A stretch of DNA of 27,638 nucleotides from a virus (Duplodnaviria; Caudoviricetes), in the IMG/VR virus record IMGVR_UViG_3300040971_000136, positions 1 to 27,638 of that record; one strand, written 5' to 3'. Shown in pieces: positions 1 through 7,419 of this stretch. Below the pieces are notes generated by a model, which had not been told where the DNA came from, did no database searches, and saw only the letters and a program-made list of their open reading frames with translations. Each line of letters opens with the position of its first letter. Position 1 is the first letter of the stretch. The position numbers were made by a program, and so were the translations under genes.

Positions 1-104
1 CGCTGTCAGCAGGCTATTGGAGGCGCTGCCCGGAGTGTTGGTCTGCCATCCGAAAGGGCCAAGACATGCCGCTTGAAGAGTATGGGACGGCCAGCAGGCG
101 ATAA
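1..104 (+). CDS. 3' end of a hypothetical phage protein (CxxC motif), truncated by window edge
   Basis: Frame starting at base 3 reads LSAGYWRRCPECWSAIRKGQDMPLEEYGTASRR* with TAA at 102-104; frame choice is a judgement. Confidence 0.5.
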   Translation, partial: LSAGYWRRCPECWSAIRKGQDMPLEEYGTASRR

Positions 105-163
105 GCGAAACCTCCTGCGGGAGGTCGCCCGGGCGTGGTGGCCTGGGCCTGATGAGCAGCCAC
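105..163 (+). ncRNA. Type II hammerhead ribozyme
   Basis: Core GAAA 107-110, GUC 124-126, CUGAUGA 149-155; stem III CCTCC/GGAGG (111-115/120-124, loop TGCG); stem I GCCCGGGC/GCCTGGGC (127-134/141-148); 2-bp stem II GC/GC (105-106/156-157); pseudoknot GTGGT 135-139 with GCCAC 159-163. Confidence 0.92.
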
Positions 164-193
164 TAGAACATAACGTATTCAGAGAGGATCCAC

Positions 194-832
194 ATGGCCG
201 CTGACCGCAAGCCCCTATACGCCAAGATAGCCATCGCCAGGAAGCAGCTCCCGGACATGACCGAAGAGGCGTACCGCGAGCTGCTGAACAACAAATTTCG
301 GGTAGCCAGTGCCTCCAAGCTGAGCTTCGCCCAGCTCTCCAGCCTGGTGCAGATCCTGGCGGAGATGGGCGCTGTCTTCACCACGCCGGGCAAGACCTAC
401 AGCAATACTAAAGTCACATCCAAGGCCCGCCCAGATTGGATTGAAGTCAAGGACGGTGACCGTCACGCGGATCAGAAGCGGGCCATCTTGGCCATCTGGA
501 AGAAGCTTGGCTACTCCATGAGCAGCCTGGAGACCAGGGTGAAACGCGGATTCGGTGTCGAGTCCTTCGCATGGCTGCATGACGAGAAGAAGATTTCCGC
601 CCTGCTGTCTGACCTGCAGAAGCGCGAGGTGACGTTCGACAAGAAGGCGATCTTGGCTGTCTGGGAGGAGCGTGGCTACCCCAGGGGAAGCTTGGACTCG
701 CTGGTGCGCCGCTGGTTCGGCGTCGAATCTTTCGCGCTGCTGCGCAATGGGTCGCTGGTTTCCATGCTCTTGTCGGAGCTGGAGTATCGTGGTCCGGCCT
801 TTGACCCAAACCGGGCGGCTCTGAATGAGTGA
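194..832 (+). CDS. gemA: GemA / Mu gp16 (DUF1018)-like regulatory protein with duplicated C-terminal domain
   Basis: AKIAIARKQL..MTEEAYRELL..F...SASKLS..QL N-terminus, QKRAILAIWKKLG and FGVESFAWL motifs; SD GAGG upstream; syntenic position. Confidence 0.85.
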   Translation: MAADRKPLYAKIAIARKQLPDMTEEAYRELLNNKFRVASASKLSFAQLSSLVQILAEMGAVFTTPGKTYSNTKVTSKARPDWIEVKDGDRHADQKRAILAIWKKLGYSMSSLETRVKRGFGVESFAWLHDEKKISALLSDLQKREVTFDKKAILAVWEERGYPRGSLDSLVRRWFGVESFALLRNGSLVSMLLSELEYRGPAFDPNRAALNE

Positions 833-1187
833 TGCTCCAGGACATGCATTGCGCCAGGCCGTCGTGGCCCGGCACGGATCGATTCATGCGTTTCTGAAAC
901 GCAACCCGGAACTGACCAGGTCAACAGTCTACCAGGTGCTTGGCGACCGCTACCCGGGCAACATGGCCCGGCAGATGGTGGTCATCAGGACGGCGCTTGA
1001 AGGTTTCTCGGAAGCAAAGGCACAGGCCCCTTGGCAGCTGCCGGATGTCGAGGAACTGGGCGAAGTGCTCCTGGCGGCCAAGTGCGCCAAGTGCCGCCGT
1101 CCGGACCGCCGGGGCTGCCGAGGATGTCGCATCCAGACAGGCCGTGAAGCTCAAGCAGTACAGGAGTTTCTGGCAAAAACGAGGTGA
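825..1187 (+). CDS. Putative HTH DNA-binding protein with C-terminal Cys cluster
   Basis: HGSIHAFLKRNPELTRSTVYQVLGDRYPG resembles Cro/Ner-type HTH; CAKC...CRGC; overlaps gemA stop. Confidence 0.65.
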   Translation: MSDAPGHALRQAVVARHGSIHAFLKRNPELTRSTVYQVLGDRYPGNMARQMVVIRTALEGFSEAKAQAPWQLPDVEELGEVLLAAKCAKCRRPDRRGCRGCRIQTGREAQAVQEFLAKTR

Positions 1188-1190
1188 GCT

Positions 1191-1640
1191 ATGTCGAAGA
1201 AACTGATCAAGCACGTAGTCCGGCTGGTAAATGACGGCTGGCGTCCATATGACGCCGAGCCCAAGCCGGAGGTCTATGACCGGCTGAATTGCCCGCACGT
1301 CAACGACAAACCCCATAAGCGCCCCTGCTGGTTCACCCGGGGCGACATTTTTTGTTGCATCTCGTGCGAGCGCGTCTGCAGTCTGGTGCGGCCTTCTGGC
1401 TTCCCGCCGATCCTGCCGATCAACTACCCGCCGGTGGATGAGCCGTTCATGCTGTCGCCCCAGGAGCTGGTCTCCAAGCGTCACACGTTGCGAGTGGATG
1501 AGGCGGCCTACTGCCTGAACGTGAGCGAGCGCCAGATCTACAACATGGTTGCCGAGGGCAAACTGGTGGCCCTGCGCGAAAAGCCGGTGCGAGTGAGGGC
1601 GGCGGATGTAGCCTCAGCCATGGAGGACTTTGACGAATGA
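1191..1640 (+). CDS. Excisionase/MerR-like (HTH_17) DNA-binding protein with Cys-rich N-terminus; candidate late activator
   Basis: TLRVDEAAYCLNVSERQIYNMVAEGKLVA winged-HTH motif; CPH..C..CCISCERVC; SD GAGGTG; last gene before the lysis region. Confidence 0.8.
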   Translation: MSKKLIKHVVRLVNDGWRPYDAEPKPEVYDRLNCPHVNDKPHKRPCWFTRGDIFCCISCERVCSLVRPSGFPPILPINYPPVDEPFMLSPQELVSKRHTLRVDEAAYCLNVSERQIYNMVAEGKLVALREKPVRVRAADVASAMEDFDE

Positions 1641-1669
1641 TCGGCCACCGTGTGTTTGAGCTATGAAAT

Positions 1670-1703
1670 TTGCTTGAAATGATATTGCGTTGCAGGCTAT
1701 GAA
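1670..1703 (+). promoter_or_regulatory. Possible sigma70 promoter for moron 1733-2188
   Basis: AT-rich; TTGAAA 1674-1679 with TATGAA 1698-1703 (18 bp) or TTGCTT 1670-1675 with CAGGCT 1693-1698 (17 bp); imperfect. Confidence 0.35.
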
Positions 1704-1732
1704 GATTCCTCTTTTACGAAACGAGGTGATAC

Positions 1733-2188
1733 GTGAAAAGCGCTTTAATGCTCATGGCTCTAATGTTTTTTGTTTCGGCACCAGCTTATACAGCCTCGAA
1801 GGGCGCGCTGTGTAGCGGACGCGGGACGAGTGTACAATTAGTCCACGTTGAAGCTGGAAAATACCAAGCAACAGTGTGGCACGATGGGCAGAGCAATTGC
1901 ATCGTGACCGCGCACTTCCTCGCGGGCAACATTCTCGATGATGTCCACATGGCAAATTTCATCGGATCGAAAAGCGAAACCGTCTTCGCTGATTTCCGAG
2001 AAACGGGAAAGTATGCGATAGAAGTCAAGGCAGATGGAGGATGGGAGATTCGGATGCACCGGCTTGACACTCCGCCTAATATCAGCCCTTTGTCTCAACC
2101 TAGCAAATTCATGCATGAAGAGCCGACAATCCCGCTTGAAACCTATTTTCCCAGGCGCGAGCGAGCGAATAAAAAGAAAACGGAGTAA
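1733..2188 (+). CDS. Moron: exported beta-rich protein of unknown function
   Basis: GTG start with SD GAGGTG; signal peptide MKSALMLMALMFFVSAPAYTA; lower GC than flanks; own terminator. Confidence 0.8.
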   Translation: MKSALMLMALMFFVSAPAYTASKGALCSGRGTSVQLVHVEAGKYQATVWHDGQSNCIVTAHFLAGNILDDVHMANFIGSKSETVFADFRETGKYAIEVKADGGWEIRMHRLDTPPNISPLSQPSKFMHEEPTIPLETYFPRRERANKKKTE

Positions 2189-2199
2189 GAACCCGACAC

Positions 2200-2223
2200 A
2201 GCCCCCACACGGGGCTTTTTTTT
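2200..2223 (+). terminator. Rho-independent terminator
   Basis: AGCCCC-CACAC-GGGGCT followed by T-tract to 2223. Confidence 0.85.
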
Positions 2224-2251
2224 GCCCTAATCCCAACGTCTAAACTAGTCT

Positions 2252-2307
2252 AAAAGTCTCTGCACCATGCGCCCCACCTTCTGAATCTGCCTCTAATTTC
2301 CAGCATT
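2252..2307 (+). promoter_or_regulatory. Candidate late promoter (P-lys equivalent)
   Basis: AAAAGT..TCTGCACCATGCGCCCCACCTTCTGAA..CAGCATT; same motif recurs at 9811-9867. Confidence 0.6.
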
Positions 2308-2403
2308 CTGCCTCCTGAACAGGTCGTTTAGCCAACGACCACATCTCCTTTGAGCCGCCCCGTCGGGATGGTCCCGGCGGGGTAATAAAAAACCGGAGGC
2401 TTT

Positions 2404-2796
2404 ATGTTCCGAAAGATTCTGGGCGGCGCGGTTCAGGGCGTCGAAAAGCTCCTGGGCCGCACGAAGTTTCAGATCGTGTACTGCATTCTGCTGGTCGCTA
2501 TTCTCTTCATCGCGCTACTGGTTGCCAGCCCTCAACAGATCCCTGTCGTAGCCTATAAGCTGCTGCTGGCACCGCTCGGCGGTCTTGTCGGCTGCTGTGT
2601 TTGGCTTGCCCTGGTGCCTTACGCCAACCCCTCCCGCTACCTGGTCAAAGACTGGCGCAGCGATCCTGACGCCGATGTCGACGGCAAGGCGGATTTCGAG
2701 GTGGCCGACGGCTATGAGGGAGTCTTTTGCACCTGCCTTATTTGCGCCTTGCTGGCCTTTGTCCTGGGCATGTTGGCCGTGGGGATGGGGTTGTGA
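2404..2796 (+). CDS. Putative holin (Holin_2-3 type of Mu-like prophages)
   Basis: Three hydrophobic segments, SPQQIPVVAYKL...PYANP motif, SD GGAGG, directly upstream of endolysin. Confidence 0.8.
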   Translation: MFRKILGGAVQGVEKLLGRTKFQIVYCILLVAILFIALLVASPQQIPVVAYKLLLAPLGGLVGCCVWLALVPYANPSRYLVKDWRSDPDADVDGKADFEVADGYEGVFCTCLICALLAFVLGMLAVGMGL

Positions 2797-3431
2797 ACTG
2801 GCGAGTGGTCGGGGCTCTTCTGATCTGCGTTGCCGTCTGGCTTTTGGCCTGGGCAACATGGGCGATGGCAGGCCCCGCCATTCCTGCCCAAGCCCAGCAG
2901 CATCGGGATCTTCTGACCCGGGAAGCTCGCATGGTCTGGGGCCTTGACGCCCCTGTCTCCACCTTCGCAGCCCAGATCCATCAGGAATCCAGGTGGAACG
3001 AACAGGCTGTCTCTCCCGCCGGAGCTCAAGGCCTCGCTCAGTTCATGCCCAGGACGGCCCGGTGGCTGCCAGAGGTCGCCCCGGAAACAGGAGAGCCGCT
3101 GCCTTTTTCGCCGTCCTGGTCGATCCGTGCGATGGTCACTTACGACCGCTGGCTTTGGAAGCGGATCCGCGCGGCATGCTCGGACTGTGACCGTTGGGCG
3201 ATGACGCTGTCCTCATACAATGGGGGCCTCGGCTGGCTGCAGCGTGACCAGTCCTTGGCCGCTTCCCAAGGTCTGGATCCGCGTGTCTGGTCTCATGTCG
3301 CCCTCGTCAACAGTGGCCGCTCTCTCGCAAACTTCCGCGAAAATCGCTCCTATCCAACACGGATACTGCACACCCTGACGCCGATGTACCGGGCCGCTGG
3401 CTGGGGCCCTGGGGGCTGTGATGCTCAGTAA
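2793..3431 (+). CDS. Endolysin, lytic transglycosylase (SLT) with N-terminal signal/SAR segment
   Basis: QIHQESRW catalytic Glu, GAQGLAQFMP, SYNGG motifs; GTG 2793 overlaps holin stop (GTGA); hydrophobic N-terminus ending AMA. Confidence 0.9.
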   Translation: MNWRVVGALLICVAVWLLAWATWAMAGPAIPAQAQQHRDLLTREARMVWGLDAPVSTFAAQIHQESRWNEQAVSPAGAQGLAQFMPRTARWLPEVAPETGEPLPFSPSWSIRAMVTYDRWLWKRIRAACSDCDRWAMTLSSYNGGLGWLQRDQSLAASQGLDPRVWSHVALVNSGRSLANFRENRSYPTRILHTLTPMYRAAGWGPGGCDAQ

Positions 3432-3867
3432 GGCTTTGACGCTGGCCGCGTGGGTCTGGGGGAAGAAGAGCTGGCTTGTGGCGGGGCTCACGGCCCTGCT
3501 GCTGGCCAGCCTTGCATGGGCCTACGTGCAGGGCTTGCGCCTTGATGCCGTAAGGGCTGATGCCGCGCGAGAGATCCAGGCGGAGCAGGCTGCACATAAT
3601 GCCACCCGCGCCGAGCTGGCCACAGCCTTGGCCGAAGCCGCGCGCTGGGCGGACGTTGCCAAGCTGGCGCAGGCCGCAACGGCCAGTGTACGAGCCACGG
3701 CCCAGGCTGCTCTGGTTCGTGAGGGGCAAGCCCGGGCAGACAGCCAGGCGCGTAAGCAAATTTTGTCGGTGGCCAAGCCTCGGATTCGAGCGGCCACGGA
3801 AACCATGGAGGTGGTGGATGATGCGACACGCCAGCGTGCTGCTGATCGTCTCAATCGCCCTTGGTAG
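3418..3867 (+). CDS. Inner-membrane spanin (Rz-like)
   Basis: N-terminal TM helix then Ala-rich coiled coil; follows endolysin. Confidence 0.7.
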   Translation: MMLSKALTLAAWVWGKKSWLVAGLTALLLASLAWAYVQGLRLDAVRADAAREIQAEQAAHNATRAELATALAEAARWADVAKLAQAATASVRATAQAALVREGQARADSQARKQILSVAKPRIRAATETMEVVDDATRQRAADRLNRPW

Positions 3868-4108
3868 TCTGGGCTGTTCTGCGCGGCAGGTCCAGATCCC
3901 GCCGGCGCCTGAGATTGTGCGGATGGAAGAGTGCCCGTGTCCGGAGCGCCCGGAGCTGCCTCCGGTGAATGGCAGCCTTCCTCTCGACCACCAGGTGAAT
4001 GTCGAGGCCATCCTGGAGCGCGACGATGCATTTCGAGCTTACGCCCAAGGGCTGGAGGCTGCGGTGCGGTGCTACCGATCACAAGTTGAGGCCAGCCATG
4101 ACCACTGA
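3818..4108 (+). CDS. Outer-membrane lipoprotein spanin (Rz1-like)
   Basis: MMRHASVLLIVSIALGSLGC lipobox, Pro-rich mature part, SD GGAGG 3807-3811, overlaps 3' end of i-spanin. Confidence 0.8.
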   Translation: MMRHASVLLIVSIALGSLGCSARQVQIPPAPEIVRMEECPCPERPELPPVNGSLPLDHQVNVEAILERDDAFRAYAQGLEAAVRCYRSQVEASHDH

Positions 4109-4397
4109 TTTTGCAGCTCGCCTGGCGAAGGTCCCGCCAAAAATATTGGAGATGGCGCGAGCCACAACCTGGCCGAACGCTCCGTTATCCGACGTGCTGG
4201 ACACGGCCGAAATGATGATGCGGCACTTGGCCGGAGAGAAGCCCAGCGAAGACCGCCACTTGTGGGAACCGTTTCTCACCGCTCGGGAAACGCGGGTCAT
4301 TCTGGAAGCCATGGCCAACCATAAAGCCTTGAGCGAAGAAGATGCCGCGTCGTTGTCTAAGCTTCAAGGGTGGTTCGGGAAGGCTCTGCATGGATGA
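4098..4397 (+). CDS. Hypothetical protein
   Basis: ATG 4098 with GAGG upstream; overlaps both neighbours; starts MTTDFAARLAKV. Confidence 0.65.
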   Translation: MTTDFAARLAKVPPKILEMARATTWPNAPLSDVLDTAEMMMRHLAGEKPSEDRHLWEPFLTARETRVILEAMANHKALSEEDAASLSKLQGWFGKALHG

Positions 4398-4605
4398 AGT
4401 CGACGCCTCCCAGAAGTCGGAGCGGCTCTTCAGGGAAGATGCTCTGGCAAAAAGAAAGCCGGTGGGCAGGCCCGGGTTCGAGAGCCTCTTCAGATGCGCG
4501 GAATGCGAGGAAGAGATTCCGGAACGCAGGCGTCAGGCCATTCAAGGGTGCATGCTGTGCGCGGCGTGCCAGGAAGAACAAGACCGCAATTCTCATTTAT
4601 CGTGA
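4390..4605 (+). CDS. TraR/DksA C4-type zinc finger protein
   Basis: MDEVDAS (DxxD tip), CAECEEEIPERRRQAIQGCMLCAACQ. Confidence 0.9.
   Translation: MDEVDASQKSERLFREDALAKRKPVGRPGFESLFRCAECEEEIPERRRQAIQGCMLCAACQEEQDRNSHLS
4588..4605. repeat. Internal exact copy of the right-end repeat (candidate transposase-binding site)
   Basis: AATTCTCATTTATCGTGA identical (18/18) to 27369-27386. Confidence 0.8.
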
Positions 4606-4618
4606 ACAAGGAGTGTGA

Positions 4619-5056
4619 ATGAGCCCCCAAGAAATCCAAACCCTGATCAGCGCAATACAAGCTATCGCGGCAGTCCTCTCGGGTCTGGGAGTGCCAGGCC
4701 TTGCAGCCTTGATTCTGGCTGGTCCGGCCATGGTGCTCATGACTGTCCTTGTCCTTGACTACATTCGATCCACACGCATGGCCGTCATGCAGCAAGAGTT
4801 CCGCACCGACACCACGCGCATTCTGGATGCGTACCGGAACAACACAAGCAAGATTCTGGAGGCCTACCGCGTAGACACCCAAGCCGTATGCAGGGAGCTA
4901 GGCAAGGAACACGCCGAGGCCGTGAGGTTCTACAACGACAACGTCGAGCTGGTGAAGGATTACGAGCGCATGGCTGACGCCCTGCAGACCTTGGTCGTCA
5001 ACAACACCCGGGCCGTTGAACGGCTCGTCACAATCGTGGAGGCAAGACCGAAATGA
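4619..5056 (+). CDS. Membrane-anchored coiled-coil protein (position of Mu gp25)
   Basis: SD AAGGAG; hydrophobic N-terminal ~45 aa; helical C-terminus with short RILDAYR/KILEAYR repeat. Confidence 0.7.
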   Translation: MSPQEIQTLISAIQAIAAVLSGLGVPGLAALILAGPAMVLMTVLVLDYIRSTRMAVMQQEFRTDTTRILDAYRNNTSKILEAYRVDTQAVCRELGKEHAEAVRFYNDNVELVKDYERMADALQTLVVNNTRAVERLVTIVEARPK

Positions 5057-5295
5057 GTGAACGACGCGAGAATATTGGACATCGTGAGGACCTGCGTTCC
5101 AGGCGTAAGCTGGTGGCGGCCGAAGTCCAGGCGTTGCGGGATTCCATCCGCGCGGCCCTGCCCGTGGTGAACGAGGCGCATGAGGTCGACGGCGATCACG
5201 TCCTGAGCCTGGCGCTATCCATGAAGGAGAAGCTTGACGAGCTGGCGGGCCTGGATCGCAAGATCGCCATCCTCACGCGCGAACTGGACGGGTAA
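5053..5295 (+). CDS. Hypothetical coiled-coil protein (position of Mu gp26)
   Basis: ATGA overlap with upstream gene, SD GGAGG. Confidence 0.7.
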   Translation: MSERRENIGHREDLRSRRKLVAAEVQALRDSIRAALPVVNEAHEVDGDHVLSLALSMKEKLDELAGLDRKIAILTRELDG

Positions 5296-5299
5296 GCAT

Positions 5300-5890
5300 A
5301 TGGGCAAGGAACATCCACCTGAGACCGTCTGGCAGGCGCAGGAGCTTTACTGCGTTGACCGCTTCTCTTTTGACCGCGTGGCCGAACTGACTGGAGTTTC
5401 GGCCACGACGCTTAAGGCGTGGGCGGACAAGTACGGGTGGCGCGAGAAGCGCGAAGAGATCGCGCGGGCCGAAAGCGACATCCGGGTCAACACCATTTTG
5501 GGACGCAAGAAGGTCCTGGATAGCCTGATCGGAGCCAAGAGCGGCATGGAGGCGTCTCAGTTGTCCTTTGCTGTTTCGGCGTTGGAGAGCCTTGCCATGA
5601 AGCAGCAGGAAGCTGCCCGCGCCGGCAAGATCCTTGAGCAGGCCACGTCTTCTTCGGAGATCCGTGCCGTCACGGACATTCCTGCGGCCTTGGAAGAGGC
5701 CGTGATGTTGAAGCTCTCCATGATCCTGGCTGATCCCGGGCAGGTCGACTTCAAGGCCGTGAAGGATCTGAGACAGGCCATGGAGTACGTGGCCCAGCTG
5801 AAGCCGAAAGATGCCGCCGCACCCAAGGCCAAGGGCCTCACTCTGGAAAGCGCGAACGAGATCCGCCGCCAGATCTTGGGGATCAAATGA
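5300..5890 (+). CDS. terS: Terminase small subunit-like HTH protein
   Basis: AQELY..DRFSFDRVAELTGVSATTLKAWADKYGW HTH; immediately upstream of large terminase. Confidence 0.75.
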   Translation: MGKEHPPETVWQAQELYCVDRFSFDRVAELTGVSATTLKAWADKYGWREKREEIARAESDIRVNTILGRKKVLDSLIGAKSGMEASQLSFAVSALESLAMKQQEAARAGKILEQATSSSEIRAVTDIPAALEEAVMLKLSMILADPGQVDFKAVKDLRQAMEYVAQLKPKDAAAPKAKGLTLESANEIRRQILGIK

Positions 5891-7419
5891 CTACGCAGCT
5901 GCCGGACGCAAAACTTTTTTCCTTCGGGGAACATGAATCTGAATCTACCCCGGCGGTTTTGCTTGGGTATCAGCAGACTTGGGTCGCGGACAAAGCCGAA
6001 GTCAAAATTGGGGAGAAGTCCCGCCGAATCGGTCTTACATGGGGCGAGGCTGCAGACGACGTGCTGGTCGCTGCCACCGAGGGCCGGGACGGCATGGACG
6101 TTTTGTATATCGGCTACAATCAGGAGATGACCCGAGAGTACATCCAGACCTGCGCCTGGTGGGCAAATTCCTACAACAAGGTCTGCACGGAGATTGAAGA
6201 ATTCATCTTCGATGACCCGGATCCAGAGAAGAATATCTCGGCCTTCCGCATTACCTTCAAGTCCGGTCATGAGATCGTAGCGCTTTCTTCCAGGCCGACA
6301 AACTTGCGCGGTCGCCAGGGCCGGGTGGTCATCGATGAGGCCGCATTCCATGACGATCTTCCAGGACTCATGAAGGCGGCCTTGGCGCTCCTGATGTGGG
6401 GCGGCCAGGTTGTGGTCATCAGCACGCACTTCGGCGACGACAACTATTTCAACACGCTGATTCAGGATTGCAGGTCCGGAAAGCTTCCGTACTCTGTTCA
6501 TCGCATCGATTTCAACGAGGCCCTGGAAGACGGCCTCTTCCGCCGGATCTGTCTGGTGCGAGGAGAGGAATGGTCACAGGAGGCCGAAGACGCATGGCGG
6601 GCGAAGATCGTGGCGTCCTACGCCGAGGACGCGGATGAAGAACTGTTCTGCGTCCCGTCCTCCGGGACCGGGACATATCTGACCAGGAACATGATCGAGG
6701 CGGTCATGGACCCGGCAATTCCTGTCATTCGCTGGGAGCCCCCCGCGAAGGATTTTGTGGACTGGCCGCTGGACCGCGCCATGCGCGAGACGCGGGACTG
6801 GTGCGAGGAGCACCTGGAACCGCTCCTGGCTGCTGCCGATCCCACACTGCGCAGTTACCTGGGCCAGGACTTTGGCCGCTCCGGCGACCTGTCGGTGCTG
6901 CACCCTGCCCAGGAAGCCGCGAACCTGGATCTCAAGACACTGTTTGTGCTGGAACTGCGCAACTGCCCATTCAGGACTCAGCGCCAGATCCTTTTCTACA
7001 TCCTGGACCGCTTGCCCCGCTTCAGCCGGGCGGCCATGGACGCGCGCGGCAACGGCCAGGCCCTGGCCGAGGAAACGCGGCAAGCCTATGGAGCGAGCCG
7101 CGTCGAAGAAGTGATGCTGTCGGAGACGTGGTACCGGGAAAACATGCCCAAGCTCAAAGCCCAGTTCGAAGACCGCACCTGGAACATGCCCAAGGACAGC
7201 CTGATCCTGGACGATTACAGGGCGCTTAAGGTCGTGCGCGGCGTGGCCCGCGTTCCCGATGCGCGGACTCAGGACAAGGGCGGCAAGCGCCACGGCGACG
7301 CTGCCATTGCCGGGGCGATGCTAGTGCATGCCGTAAAACTCGACGGTGGCCCGGTGGAATACGCCTACCAGCCGGTGCGGTCGGAGAACACAATGAGAAC
7401 GAGAGGGAAACTTTTATGA
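5887..7419 (+). CDS. terL: Terminase large subunit (Mu gp28-like)
   Basis: EKSRRIGLTW Walker A, LRGRQGRVVIDEAAFH Walker B, GQDFGRSGD and RHGDAA nuclease motifs. Confidence 0.95.
   Translation: MTTQLPDAKLFSFGEHESESTPAVLLGYQQTWVADKAEVKIGEKSRRIGLTWGEAADDVLVAATEGRDGMDVLYIGYNQEMTREYIQTCAWWANSYNKVCTEIEEFIFDDPDPEKNISAFRITFKSGHEIVALSSRPTNLRGRQGRVVIDEAAFHDDLPGLMKAALALLMWGGQVVVISTHFGDDNYFNTLIQDCRSGKLPYSVHRIDFNEALEDGLFRRICLVRGEEWSQEAEDAWRAKIVASYAEDADEELFCVPSSGTGTYLTRNMIEAVMDPAIPVIRWEPPAKDFVDWPLDRAMRETRDWCEEHLEPLLAAADPTLRSYLGQDFGRSGDLSVLHPAQEAANLDLKTLFVLELRNCPFRTQRQILFYILDRLPRFSRAAMDARGNGQALAEETRQAYGASRVEEVMLSETWYRENMPKLKAQFEDRTWNMPKDSLILDDYRALKVVRGVARVPDARTQDKGGKRHGDAAIAGAMLVHAVKLDGGPVEYAYQPVRSENTMRTRGKLL

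Noticed and set aside
7385-7400. AATGAGAA at the terL/portal junction as another end-site copy
   Set aside because: Only 8 bp match and lacks the CACGA half; expected by chance
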